Assembly: GCA_977016875.1 (NCBI GenBank)
Contig: CDRNST010000306.1
Span: forward strand, 124,001 to 188,000
DNA from: Pavona decussata
Taxonomy: Eukaryota
Direction: 5' to 3'
DNA: 64,000 nt
Under the pieces are notes generated by a model. The model was not told the origin of the DNA and ran no database searches. It saw nothing but the letters and a program-made list of their open reading frames with translations. The position numbers and the translations under genes were made by a program. This document shows positions 46,681 through 60,256 of the stretch, piece by piece; the stretch's first letter is position 1; each line of letters begins with the position of its first letter.

Positions 46681-49600
46681 CTTTTAGTCAAGTCAGTCCG
46701 CGAATGTGACCAGCCTGGAGATCTTTACAAAAATACAGTATGATAAATGAAACTAGGCCCAGCGCCGGGTTGTCATCTAAAACTCGTTACTAATTTTCGC
46801 AGAGTTTTGTTCAAGTCTTCTTTTTTCAGAGAACAACAGACTGACCTTGCATTGTATACTGGTGTTTATTTATGTGAAGTAACAGCTGCTTGTAGCAGTC
46901 ATCGCTTTCGATGAGCTGCTAGATTTAATAAGGTTTGCAGGCTTGTGGGAAATAAACACTATCACGAAAACTCCTTGCATCGAATTCAGCTCAAATGATA
47001 TAGTTTTCTAAAAACCTTGTAAGAAGACTAAACTGAAGGCATGTTCAAAATTTCCGCAATACCGAATCTTCATTGATGCACATCATGAAAAAAAAAAGGT
47101 ATGCTTACAAGTAGCTTATGAAAATAAGCCCCAAGGATTAATTTAAAAAAGAAGTACATGTATTTAGTCATGCTTCAAAACAGACCGAAACGAAATTAAA
47201 TATTCATTTTCAATGCACAGTTTAGTCTGAAATGTGAGTGCCGATCATTCTTACTGTATATTGCCATTTCTCTCTGCCATTTTCCATTGTTCGGTTGCAA
47301 ACAACTCTATTTCCACTGACGTATCTCTGTTTGTGTGATAAATCACCTTGCCAGTTATGAACCACCATATATAGAAAGTAGATCAGCAGTGCCCTTTGTT
47401 TAGGCTTCGTATTAGCTTTATGTTGTAACAAATGGAGTGAAACTGACTGCCCAGTCTTTCAAATTTGAGTGGATCAAGAAAGGGATAATCCAATAGCCTC
47501 TCAACGGATAACTTATTAACGCAAACAACCCATGCACTCAAAAGTTTCAAACTGACCAACTCCGGATACATGTTCATATTGTGTCACTGCTTTAAGAGCA
47601 CACGTTCAATCATTGAAAACATCATTAAAATAGCAAACAAAGAAACCCTTGGTCGAGAGACAAATTTGCATGTTGAATGTTCTCGCGATTGGCAGAGATA
47701 GATAACACAACAAAACCACAATCGAGGTCAACTGGCTGTTAGGGCGAAACACACTCTGGCGCAGTAAGCGTTCGTTTTAATTTCTTTTTTGTCTTATGGG
47801 TAAACAGATGACAATTTTTATTTAATATTGATTTCAACGATTTTCAATTGAATCCTATCCAGTCAGTCAAAGTTCAACAATCAGTGCATTTCTATTCCGG
47901 CATTACTCTTCCGGAAAAAGAAAAAAGAGCTAAACGGATCTTGTATATTTATTGTGTACACAGGAGTTGGAGAACGACCGAGAACATTAAATCCTGGCTA
48001 TTCACTCGGTCAGTTCTTCCTGACGGGTGCATCAGGTTACCTTTCGTCTGAGCAGTTGCTGAAAAAGCAGAGCGGTTCTCTTGGCGACAGAGATGGGTTT
48101 GTGCTTTTGAATGGTGAGTATTCACTTCTAACGACAAACAAAACAGAAATAAGTATAATTTTTGTCATAGATGTGGTTTTAAATGCTGCATCTCTTGCGA
48201 GATTTTAAGTCATGGGGTAACATTTTTTTTCTTTAAAACTGAGGTGTAAAACTATCGTGACGAATCTTAGTGGTAAACCAGGGGGGAAGATAAGGAACTT
48301 TTTACACAGTTCTTTTAAAACCGTCCACTTGACAGGTTCGCCGCGAATGCTAATTCCCACGAAGACGATAAAATTGATCTCGACTAGGTTCATGTTGAAA
48401 TGTTAGAAAATTTTGTTGGAAAGAAGACTGACAGCAACAAATACGGATCTTATTCTAAAAAAGACAGAGAATTCATGGGATTTTTCCTTTTTTCAGAACC
48501 ATATAATATGCTTTTAAAGATTATTTGATCTGAACTCTGCAGAAATCCAGGCTGCTTTAATGTAATTCTCTGATTTATCGTTCTTGGAAATGACAGAGAC
48601 TGCACGATTGTATCAATTCGTATATGTTATTTTCATTAAAAGCGTCAGTTATCGGGCCAAAAATGGACTAATTTTAATCGTAATATATCTTTTTCTCAGT
48701 CAATACCACCTGGCTAAGAGCAATAATACCGGGCAGCATGTTATTTGAAAAAAAACAGTGCAGTTTTTGTTTGTTACATTATTTTGTTCTCGCTTTTTTA
48801 AATATATTTCACCTTCGTAATTTCTTTACTAAGTAGTTATTTTTTCCCTTTTAAGGACTAAAATGTTTATTTTTTATCACTTTTGTTATTTAATTCAAGT
48901 TTCATCCTCACTTGACACTTGTTAATTAGTGGCTTCAAAACTGGAATTTAAAAAAAAGAATGCTGAAAACAGGAAATTCAATTCTAGGGGGCGTTGAGAA
49001 CGACCCCTTGATGGTAAGCACTGTTGGGGCAGAAATGAATTAATGGACTTAGGATTATAGTTTACTCCATTTGCATTTCTGTTCAAATAGAGCTTCGAAA
49101 CCATTTTTGTTGAGAAGGAAGAGAGAGCGGTAGAAAGGGCGATAAAAACTCCAGATTCCACGTTTGGCAAAAGTTTACTTCTTGTTTTTGCTGTATACTA
49201 CAAACTGTTTGCACCTCACTGCAATTTATCTCACTCAGGCTTCACAAGCTGTCCACCGAAATTCGAGTCTTCCACCACCAGTTTGCATAAACCGCCGCTC
49301 CTGACATTTCATATGCCTCTATGAATTCATAATACGCTCAAAATCAGTTGATTCATCGTACATCCTATGAAATAGAAGCGTTGAGTGTTGTGTTCTTCAC
49401 ATCCAAGCTATTGGGTCGTTTTTGTTTGCTTTGTAACTGGATATTTTGATTTCGTTCATTGGTTTATGTCCAAGGCAGGGAATAAATCTCGGTATTCACA
49501 TCTGCAAAGACCAGTTTCTGTGTCACCATTCTTCCAACAACTTATCTTTAAGAAAGCGTTAAAAACAAAACGTTAATTACCGTCGAACTTTGAACCACAT

Positions 49601-52600
49601 CTAGTGGTGGTATCGACCTCATTCACAAGACTGCCAGAGTCGACACGGAGGCTTGTGGAATATTACTTATAATGTGCGCAAAAGCCTACAGGTATAACCA
49701 TTCAAACGAAAACCACAAGACCTCCCAGTTAGTCGTTTCTTACTGATTTTCCTGAGACATGACAAGGGATTTTCCCACGTTTGTGTTTAAGTGATATAAC
49801 TCCCACATCATTTCCATCCATGCGTTGTTCGCGTTCGATCAAAATGTCGCCAACTCACAACACCCGATATTATGATTCCCAACCTGATTGCCTGTTATTC
49901 GATGACCGGGTGCCGCCAGCTAAATGAAAAGCACAACAAATGCCGGAAAAAACGTATTAATTTTGGCCTTTTGGCGGGGGCGATTTTAGAGATAATCCGG
50001 AAGCTGATATTATCAAAATTGTGATCAATAAAAAACGGACAATAAGCCCTTGCAGTTTGTATGAAAATTTTAAGATTTTCAAGTTTTATTGATAGCAATG
50101 AAAACTGGGGCAGGTGTCCGTGTGGGAATGTTTTTTAGAAATATGCGGTGGTTCATATTTTCCTCGGTTTAAAAAAATAGAGGCAGAATGTTTTTTAAAA
50201 CGTTGACTTGAAAAACATATGCAGAAATTGGCACCATACGTGCATATCACCGATTCGACTGAATCTTGTACTGCAAATCGGGTAAGTTTACATGTAGTTC
50301 TCTTTACACTGTAAATGGATGAGAGTGAACGATCGTTTGTAGTGCAGACATGGCTCGACCAACAGCTTAATAGGCATGCAGTTTTACTCAACTACGACAA
50401 CAGATTGATCATGAACTCCTTGAATCAAAGTTGGGCTTCTGGTCTCATTAGGACTGCGAACCGGAGACTCAATCGCTGTACATATTAATCGCAATGACAA
50501 ATTATTTCGATGGAGCTTGAAAGTGCAAGTAGTATCTCAGATAGGCCGCGTATAGTTCAATCTTAACTATTTACTCTGTTCAAGCCAACTGGGGAACACT
50601 AAGGTGTTTATCCCGGAAACTAGCTTGCCTGGAGGGTGTGCGTAGGGAGGGGAATCTATATAATTGCCGTGCCGGCATAGGTATAGTATCGAAATACGCT
50701 TATTATTCAGCACTTAACCTAATAAAATTTACTAATACGTTACTCATTCTTACACTCATGGGCCCTGGTGCTATCCGGCCGTATTTCCGCCCGTTTTTTA
50801 TTCATTTCTAGTGCGCAGTGGCCTGATGGTCCCAGCTTCGTCTCTTATACTAGTCACGCTCAGGGCGAGTGATGTGGAGATATCTGACGTCCAGTTTATT
50901 CAATTTTATCACCTCAGTTTTCTGAGATCACATAAAGCCGGCTTACACGTACTATAGGAGCAAATGCACCTCAGCATACGAATCAGCCGAGAAGAGTATT
51001 CCAACCAAGAACAAAGAAACTGCGGGCAAGCCTGTTCTGATTACTGCTCACGGGGTCGTGGTGGGGGTATCCCAGGTAGGCTAGTGACGGCGGAGATGCG
51101 AATCCCTCAACCTAGTTCCCAGGGTCTCTATTCTCTTCGAATTCCCCGCTGGGGATAACTGACAAAATGTTCAACACCATAAGCTAAGAAATCCTTGAGG
51201 TATACCGAGCTTCTCAATGGCCTTTGGTTCAAGATACGTGTCCGGAATACGAGCGACATCTTTGATTTCTTTTTTTTTTTCTTCATATTTGTCGGCACCA
51301 ACGCCACTCATCACAGTGTTCTTTATTGAGGTTAAACAGAAGGGAAAAATTCAAAAGAGCAATAATAAAGCGAGACAAAGGTGCTATAAACAACATAATA
51401 ATGGTATAGATTGATTTTTTTTATTGGATATCGTTTTGCTGTTCTGCGAATGTTGAAGCGTCGCTACTTTAATATGAAAGTATCAAATCTCATAACAACG
51501 CAGATGTTTAAACATTAAAATGTTTAAGAGGTCAACTAGGAGAACGTCTCGATTGATCTAATCAATATACAGTATCCGTCACGAAATCCACCGTATAAAG
51601 TACAAAGTATATCCGCCTTTATGTTACGGAGACATTGATCTGTACAGACCTTGTTGTTGTTTACTGCTGGTTTAGCTCAGTCGTGCCCGATAATGGCGGT
51701 TTTTACTTACAGCGATAACGATATTTTGGATTGGTAAGTGAAAGCACTTTTCCATTTTGAGATATATTGCCGATACAATGTTAACAAGCGTGAAATTTAC
51801 CAGCTTGTATTCTGTATGTCAAGACACAGATATGCAGATGTTTGTGTTTATCAGTGTTTCGGTTCAATAATACGCAACTTTATTATCCGCGAACGTCGCG
51901 TGGGCAAACCAAAAAATCGTTTTATTGTAACATAAGCATGGATGCAATTATTCTGCGTTGCATTCAAGAAATTTGAATTCTCTGCCTCGACGGTGCGAAA
52001 CACGAGATGAAAAACGAGTGTTGTCGAGTGTCGAAGTTTATAGCTGATCGCTCACGTTGCTGAAAGAATCATTCTCCGGCTAAATATTTAGCCATACTGA
52101 CTGCTCAAATACTTGTTCGGAGCTCGGTTGACTAGGTGCTTTAGGTACGGCCATTCGAAGGGCGTAATGTTAGTCAAATTCGGTGACTTTGGGTGGATAT
52201 CCGCGGGCGAAAACACTTGAGGAACATAAATATATGGAATTCAGTCAACTCACCTTTGCCCTTGAAGCAAACATGACCCAAGAATCCTTCAATACCTTCT
52301 TCGCACGAGTTTGATCAAAGCCAGTTGGTTTGTTTTTTGCGGTTTTCTCGACTGTCGCGTAAACGATAACAAGAGGTTCTGTAAAATCTGATCCGTGGTA
52401 AAATATCCATCGTATAACATCGAGTCGAGAGCAGTTTGGATGATTGCATAATCTTTAGATCGCTAAGAATAATTCTTAAATTTCCCTAAGGACAAAATTC
52501 ATAAACAGGCCGCCTTGTGTAGGAAAGCACTGGGCATTTTAACACTGAATAGTTGTTAAGTTGATGTCAATAGTCCCCTTAGTCCCCTGGTGGACTCTAC

Positions 52601-55086
52601 TCTCGATCGGGCTGTGCCACAGCTCACTGGTCACAATGTTTGCACGCTATTTAAAACTATCATTTCTTAATTACATTCGCGCTTATTAGTTTGGCAAAAA
52701 GTATTGATTGTTTGTTTGTTGTTTCTTTAGTAGTTAAAATTGGAAAACAGACGTAATATGAGGTGATATCAAGAGCTAACATACCTTTTAGTCGGATTAA
52801 AAACAGTCATCAGCCAGCAGTCCACATGTACATACATGTATTTCGCTTTCTTAATAACGCTTTTTGCGATTTGTCTTAGGAATAAGTTCAGATCATGTCA
52901 GGGTTACTTCTGGGGGTTATGTCGATCCGTATAAACAATATTTTAAAAATCACCTATTTATATCCGGAAAACAAAATGTTAAACTCTCCCTTTTAATGAG
53001 CTAGCAGATATATTTCTGGAGTATGTATTTCGTTGACAGAAAAGACGGGATTATAGATTAATAGCTCGAATTCCGCAAAAACCAAGTAGCTTCAATTGCT
53101 AGCCTAGCAGGCGATGGATTTGCGGGATTACTTTCAATCTTGTATTTACTAAAACTCAACTCTTTTCGCGAGATTTGCGTTTCATCGTAGTAAAATGCTG
53201 GTTTCATCATGTATTACGTATTAAGTTTGAAAATCTGCATAAGGAATCACAACAATCCCGGAAAGGGCAGAGTTTATAGCAAGTTTGTGGTTTTCCAAGA
53301 AGCCCAACCGCTCCAATCGTCCCTTTTGCTGGCCTATGCTCATAGTAGATGTTTATAGCCTTATTACACGGGGAATCTCGTATGCCTCTCTAGCTACATA
53401 AAGTTGTAGTAGCTCCGCTTTGAAACTTAAAAAGTTGCGGCAACAATAAACGGAGAGAACTCGTCAGCAATGCCGGATGTGATATTGAAGCGTGATTTCT
53501 TATGTTAATGTTTTGACACGTTTTTGGCAGCTTATCAAATATGCAGTACGTTTCGCGCGCCTTGTCAAATTTCATAAGCTCCAAAACGGAAAAAAAGTGC
53601 ATTCATCGATTTATCAATGATAAAAATGAATAATAATGTAGGGATTTATGACAGTAAGAACTGCGATTGTTTGCTTTATTCGAAATAATTACGGACGGGA
53701 ACAGACAATGCGAAGCTATAAGCGATATGCCCCGAGCCTTTGTGATGTCTACGATTATGGCACAATTTCCATTTGAACAATAGGATGTTACGTCACGGAA
53801 GTCAAACGTAACGTCATGTACGCCAAAATATCATGAAAAAAGTGTTTGTTGTTTTTTGCGCCCTCTTCACTCTTAAAAATGTTTGTCTGAATATCTCTAC
53901 ACTTCACATAAGAGGACGACGTTTCTCGGCCTGCAATCCGCTTTCGATGTTAAAGAAGCAAGCAAGGGATCTACGTCGCACAACCAAGGACTCGGTGAAC
54001 GACACAAATGCCATCCAACTGTAGGTCAGTTCAGTGAGATATCTACATTACTTCCGAGGTACCTTCACTTCGAAATCTTTTCTCCCTTCTTTGTGTTTTG
54101 GCTAAGAAACGAAACTTGTTCTTAACTGCTCAATCCCAACCTGACGTGATCCAGAGAATAATTAAGGAAATGTTTTTCCTTTGTTGTTGTTACTTCAGCG
54201 GACGACTTACTGGTCTGTCTCAAAATCAACGGGATTTTTTCTCGTTGTGAAGTAGTTTTATTCCGTTATCTTTAACTCTGAGCGATATACGAATAGAGTA
54301 TTCATCGAACTATTTTATTTGGAGGAAAATTAGACAATATAACAACTGACATTGAACAAGAATCAAGGGCCTGTAATTGTGACTGTCATTTCCTATTGCA
54401 GTCGGTGGCAAATTTTTAATTATTATTCCTGAACACACCTTTCTCGACCCTTCAACGTTGTATCTATTAAAGAGGTTTGTCCGCTTTTTTTAGCTCGGAT
54501 TTTTTGCATTCATTACGTCTCTTATTGTAGCCCAGAGGGTCACGTTGCAAGGACTTTGTTTATGAAATCACACAATATTATCTCTCACCTAACTTAAGTA
54601 GTTCAACTCTCTGGGGCAATAATTTAACTCTTCGTACTAAAAACGCCGTTCTTAATCGTTCAACTTTTTAAATATCAGGATATTGCTCCATTAACCTAGC
54701 TCATCAAGTATTCACCATTCATTACATCTCCTACTGAATCACCCGCGGGACACGTTTCGAAGTATTTTGTTTCTGAAGCACAATATTATATCCTCTGGCA
54801 TTACGCCATGTTTTAAATAACTTAAATCTTCGGAGCTGGGGTATTATGGTTGATCTGAACACGAAACCGATGGCGCTGAATGTATGAGATCTTACCGTGA
54901 CTTTCCCCCACTGGGTTGAATGGAGAAGGAGTGGGTGGTGGTGGGGCGTTCCCCCTGTTGTAAGCCGTATGCGTATGTGCAGTCACAAATGGCTAAGAGT
55001 TTTAGCCATTTCTGTCCGGTAGGACGGGCACATTTTCGCCTGAATTGTTGCATGTTTTATCTCCCGGTCTAAAAAAGGATTTGGAC

Positions 55087-55607
55087 TTAAATAATAAACT
55101 TTGGTCTAATTTCACGTGGGGTGTGTTTTGCTGCAAACTCAAGAATATCTTTGACAATGGAAATTAATTTCAAAAATATGTAAACTATTATTTTAACCAC
55201 CTGACCTTCTCGATATCGTCTCAGTACTGGAAACGTTACGTGTATGCAATCTTCTATATTTATAATGTCAAAATCTGACTTGTGACCGTTCGACAATAAA
55301 GAAACTTCCAGAGCCTCGCTGTCAGCTTTGAGCCGCCGTCCTCATCCATGAGTGCAATGCATATCACAGCTATTTGCTTCCTGTTTTCCTTGTCTTCTGT
55401 ATTCAGTAGCTTTGGTCGTGTGTCTCCTCGTGTTGTCGGTCTCTCTCAGTTCGGTGAATTGTTTATGCTTCCATAGAGTTTCATAGATAATTATTAACAA
55501 GCGTAGGTCCTCCTGCTCGCCACATGGAATTGCTATTGCCAAAATAAGAAAGTTATAGTTGTTGGTGTTTTTATTATTAGAACTCTCAGAAAAGTAAGGG
55601 ATAGCAT
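55087..55607 (-). pseudogene. Possible decayed secreted-protein ORF
   Basis: ORFs 55342-55542 and 55087-55296 are in the same frame, separated by a single stop. One frameshift links them to a hydrophobic leader MLSLTFLRVLII (ATG 55607). Confidence 0.3.
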
Positions 55608-55994
55608 AGCTTTTCTTGTCGGCAAACGGAAGATGTCACATATCTTGCTTTCTACGTTCGGAATGGGCTTCCTTGCTTCAGTTTAAAGTGGATTTGTTAG
55701 TGATCAAGACATGAATTACTTGAAAAAAGCTACCTTTGTCCTCATAAATTAATTCAGTATTTGTATAACGGAAATTCACTCCAAATGTGAAGGGCTGGAA
55801 ATATTTCAACATGGAAGATGACTTTTTTAAGCGTGTGTCACGAGTCCATCAACAATTCCGGAAAATTTGAAGCTTTGCTCAAAAGGTCACGTGGCATACG
55901 ACGTGACTCGTAGCAGACCACAACCGCTTGAATGTGCCAAATTTCGTTTCATCTTCCTTCTTGTGGTCAGATGTACTGATCATTAGTGATTGAG

Positions 55995-56206
55995 AGGTTT
56001 TTCCAAAAACAAAAGGTTCAGGCCTTGAAGCGGTTGAGCAATCAGAACGGGCAACAAATAAAAGCAAATGCCATCACTTGCGCGGGGAAATAACGAGTGA
56101 GCAATTGACGGATGGTTGTGATACGGATGGCTTGACTTTTAGCCAAGCAAAACCAAGCCGACTAGGGAGTTACAGTATTTTTCACACTAAATTTAAAACC
56201 ACTCAA
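55995..56206. repeat. Degenerate copy of the interspersed repeat at 62026-62240
   Basis: Shared gcgcggg(g)aaa core and a(a)gca-aacca tail. Confidence 0.4.
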
Positions 56207-57620
56207 ATAAGAGAGTTTTAATTTAGTTTAAATTTTCTGGTAATGTATACAAAGAATTTGGTGCCTTCCCCGAAAAATCTCAAAATTAAAAAATACTGAA
56301 GTAGGTCTATCCACTCTAAAGATGTGACGGTTTGAAATTTGTCTTTGCCGCCATTTTGTGCTATTCATTTCCAGTAACAAAATGGTGAACATGTGACATC
56401 TCAAAACGCCATTATTTTGGATTAGTAGGCATATTTTAAGTTTTTTTTTCTCAGTTTAAGGATAATTGCGTCAATTTCATTCAGACACCGTCTTTAGATA
56501 TCCGCCGAAGTGATTATTATTATCATTATTTTATTTAAGTACCACACATTTTAATGTGTACTTAAAAGTACATAAGAAGTAGTATTATTTCCACAACTGA
56601 TAACTGGGCGCGGCCAGTAGGCTATTTTCAGAACATAGATTTCACAGGCAAACATCCAAACAACATTCAAAAATCCGAACGCGTATCGATGGTTTCGATG
56701 CTTTGTCATCATAATCGTCGAGGCTTACGCCGGTAATAGTCGTGAGGTTTTTAAACAAGACAACAGTGCCGAAAAGTGTCTATAAAATCCAGTTGCCTGA
56801 GATTTGAAGCTGATAGCTCGAGCTATCACTGAGTTCATTGGCCAGGGACTGTTCGTGATGAAGACTTCTGGAAAAGGAAAGAACAATCCCTGTTGAAAAA
56901 GAGATTCTCCGACGGAGATGGAGATGGTTAGGTTACTAGTATTATTTGAAGAGTCCTCGACGGAAGAGAGGAAGACCTCGGAACACGTGGCGATCATTAA
57001 TGTCCAGAAATGCACTTAGTCCTGAATTTGGGTACTTCATATAAAGCAGGCCTTTTTGTCGTTTTCATATGACTCATGTTGGACAGAATTATGTGTGTTT
57101 TAGTGAGAGTTGAGGTTAGGTTAGCGTGCATTTTCTCGATGGGATGTCCTAAAGGATGTGAAGTGTAGAAGATTGGACATTTCTGGACCCAGTTGGAGAG
57201 GCTGGCCCAGGTGCACTCCTGCATTTGCTCCCAAGCTGAGCGTACATGTTAGACTACATGAACGTAAAAATGGCTTTTGAGGAGCATCTCTTTTGCACAG
57301 TGTGTATTTAAATTTTCGTACACGTGACTCCTTCATTTTTTGTTTCGGAAAATGTCTATTATGAATTAAGAGTGGGGTGCCTACTCCCAGCACGGGAAAG
57401 AGAAAAGATGGAGGCAAATTTGTGAGCGAAGGAAAAATAAATAGCTACGTCCTTTTATCTCAAATTTCTGTCAAACAGTACTGCCTTCGTAACAGAAGTA
57501 ACCGTTATCTTTCAAAATGTTATTGAGACTACCAAATTTTCGTAGAGCCAGCAGGTATGAAATAATTTCTACGAAAGTTACGACGTGTTTTAAAGTAAAA
57601 ATGTTTCGGATGAGACCATT

Positions 57621-57935
57621 TTCAGTACAGAAACCCGCTAGTGCGTGTGACGTGAATGCAAGAAGTATACAATAAAGCTAATTACAGCGTGACAATAAAT
57701 ATAGAGCGAATAACTAATTACGACGTAACAAGAAAAGTAAAAATATAGCTAATTACGCCGTGGAGTCTGTCTTAGACTCCGCCTCCACGTCACGCCGTAA
57801 TTAGCTATATTTTTATTTTGTTTGTCACGTTGTAATTATGTATTTGCTCCATATTTGTTGTCACGTTGTAAGTAGCTTACGTTTTATATTCCTTGTATTT
57901 TTTTTTCACACCCACTAGCGGGTTTCTGTACTGAA
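57621..57935. mobile_element. Foldback-type palindromic element
   Basis: 23-bp perfect terminal IR (ttcagtacagaaacccgctagtg). Arms remain complementary almost to the centre, with internal aattac..cgt.acaa subrepeats. Confidence 0.85.
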
Positions 57936-59065
57936 GATGAATAAAGTTTCATAAAAAAGTTATTAAGACTATTGGCTTTTGTAAGCTTCGGCTTAGTCGC
58001 GTTCAAGAAAACCAAAGAAGGCACTTTTTTTCTCTGATTATAAAAGTAGCAAAATTCGATCATTTTTCTTAGATGTCACTTACAAAAACGTACAACTTCT
58101 AGCTATGGAGTTCCTGCTCAGCTGACCTAAAAAACACCGACATTTCCATGTTGAAAAAGGCCATATAGATTCTACGTAAAAGGAAATTATAACGTTGCGC
58201 TTTTATAATCAGTGCGTGCGAGATGGTTTCAGCGTTCTCACTCCTCTCTTTGTAATTTACCCTTGAAATTACCAAAGGGGAATCCTTCAGAACGACAGTT
58301 TCACTTAAACAGCTTTTTGGCAGTGACAGTTCTTCAGAGGTCTTCAAAATTCGCGACGGAGTGAAGTGAAGGAGTGACAGTTCGATACTGGGCTCGATAT
58401 GCATAGCCATGTAATTGATACCATCGGTTTTTCCCGCCAAGTCTCAGTTCTTTAAATAGCCTACTCGTGAATCTCCTAGGTCGCGCACCATTATGGTTCT
58501 TTCACGTGCGATAAGCACCGTGAAAGTATATTCACCCCTGCAGGACAACTGATCCATTTGGTACACGTTCTTTACTGTGACAGTATTTGTTTTTTTGCTT
58601 GCGCGATCTCAGTTAACGCGGGCGAAAAAACAATTTAAGCAGAAACGCAAACACACTAAAATAGAAGATCCCACTGCCTTTTGAACTTATGCTTGTGTTT
58701 GCTTAGCTCTTTTTTTTACACGAAGGTATTTTGTGCTTGTGCTTGCGCCGTATGAGTTAACCTGGCCTTCCTAGGGAGAGGAAGGTAGGAAGAGAAGGAA
58801 GGCCTGACACAAAAGCATTGAATAGCTTGTGTTGAACATCCCGCACCCCCGAAAAGCCTGGTACTCCGGCTAAGTATGAGAAAATCAGGCCGATAGCTAT
58901 TATTACATTCGGTTAGAAAAAGGCCATGCCAGGGGACATCAACTATGATTTTCCCATCTTGTTGTACATAGTTACTCCGCGATAATTGACTGATTTGTTT
59001 CCCCTTTAAATTTCTTATATGTTAATTACTTTCCGTTTGTTCTCGTTTAGTGACTGATAACAGCC

Positions 59066-60085
59066 ATGGCAAATAACTCCTCCGACCCTGGTCCGGACAA
59101 TTCTTCACGTGGATCTAATCCGCCACCACCAATGTTCAGTCATGAAGAGATGGTAGCATGGTGCTTTGGATTTGGGATAATCGATGCCCTTGTTATTTTA
59201 AGTAACACCCTCACTATACTCGTGTTTACCCGCAGCAAGTTATTGCGGAAACGAACAAATTATTTTTTGCTGTGCTTAGCAATCGCAGACATGATGGTTG
59301 GTATAATTTCTTTGCCTATGTTTCTTCACACTTTGGTAGTTTATTCCAACGGTGGGAAGTTGATCGAGTGGATTAACCTAGTACCAAGACTGATCGACAT
59401 CTTTACAGGGTTTGCCTCTGTTTTTGCCCTAACAGTTATATCTTTGGAGCGCTTGTATTCTGTCGCTCTTCCCAACTGGCATCGAACAACTCCCAGTTAC
59501 GTATACGGCCTTTCAATAGCAACCATTTGGACCCTAGCTGCTGTTTTGCTTTCTATCAAAATATTTGTTGACCAGAAAATGGTTCAAGATAATGACTTTG
59601 TGTACGTTGTGATCGTGACATTTTTGTTTTGCCTGGTGGTAATTTGTTTGGCGTACGTTGGCATTTGGATCAAGGTTAGACAAAGGATGCACGAGAAGAC
59701 GAAGAGGTCACTAGAAAAAGACAAGAGACTTGCTTGGACGCTATTTTTGGTCACCGCAATTTTCGTCTTGACCTGGCTTCCATTCCAAGTTATGAATATC
59801 GTCGCCCCTGTCGTGTGTAAGAGGAGTTGCAGGACTAAAGATTTTTCGAACTTGGTATATCTTACTAAAATGTTGCAATATACGAACTCGTTTATCAATC
59901 CCATCATCTATACATTTAAGATGCCTGACTTTCGCAGAGTTCTCCTAGCCCTGTTTGGAAAAAATTTATATGGAGCCACATCTACAAGGGCCTCTTCAAA
60001 GATACTTACTGAGCGGCGCAAGAGAGCAAGCTCGGCGCGATCCAGCGACTATGAGCCTAATGGCAACTGCGAGCATGCGGTATGA
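59066..60085 (+). CDS. Class A GPCR 5
   Basis: 7TM with LAIAD, D3.32, LERL, WLPFQ and NPIIY, and a longer S/R-rich C-tail. gccATGg start follows an acceptor AG at 59049-59050. Confidence 0.95.
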   Translation: MANNSSDPGPDNSSRGSNPPPPMFSHEEMVAWCFGFGIIDALVILSNTLTILVFTRSKLLRKRTNYFLLCLAIADMMVGIISLPMFLHTLVVYSNGGKLIEWINLVPRLIDIFTGFASVFALTVISLERLYSVALPNWHRTTPSYVYGLSIATIWTLAAVLLSIKIFVDQKMVQDNDFVYVVIVTFLFCLVVICLAYVGIWIKVRQRMHEKTKRSLEKDKRLAWTLFLVTAIFVLTWLPFQVMNIVAPVVCKRSCRTKDFSNLVYLTKMLQYTNSFINPIIYTFKMPDFRRVLLALFGKNLYGATSTRASSKILTERRKRASSARSSDYEPNGNCEHAV

Positions 60086-60256
60086 ATCATTACATCTTAT
60101 TAGGGGCTTAAAAGGGTTGCCTACTACGAGGTGACTTTCACATAAGGAAACCAGAAATAATAATTAGAAAAAAATGCGATTGTTGTTCTTTGGGCGAACC
60201 AAATCCCTCGGATTTAAACAGAAGAATCATTGGAAAAGAGAATCCCTTTGGTCAAT

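Noticed and set aside
53785-53822. CRE/ETS-like motif cluster as the GPCR 5 promoter
   Set aside because: Short motifs alone cannot be assigned to a gene without transcript data.
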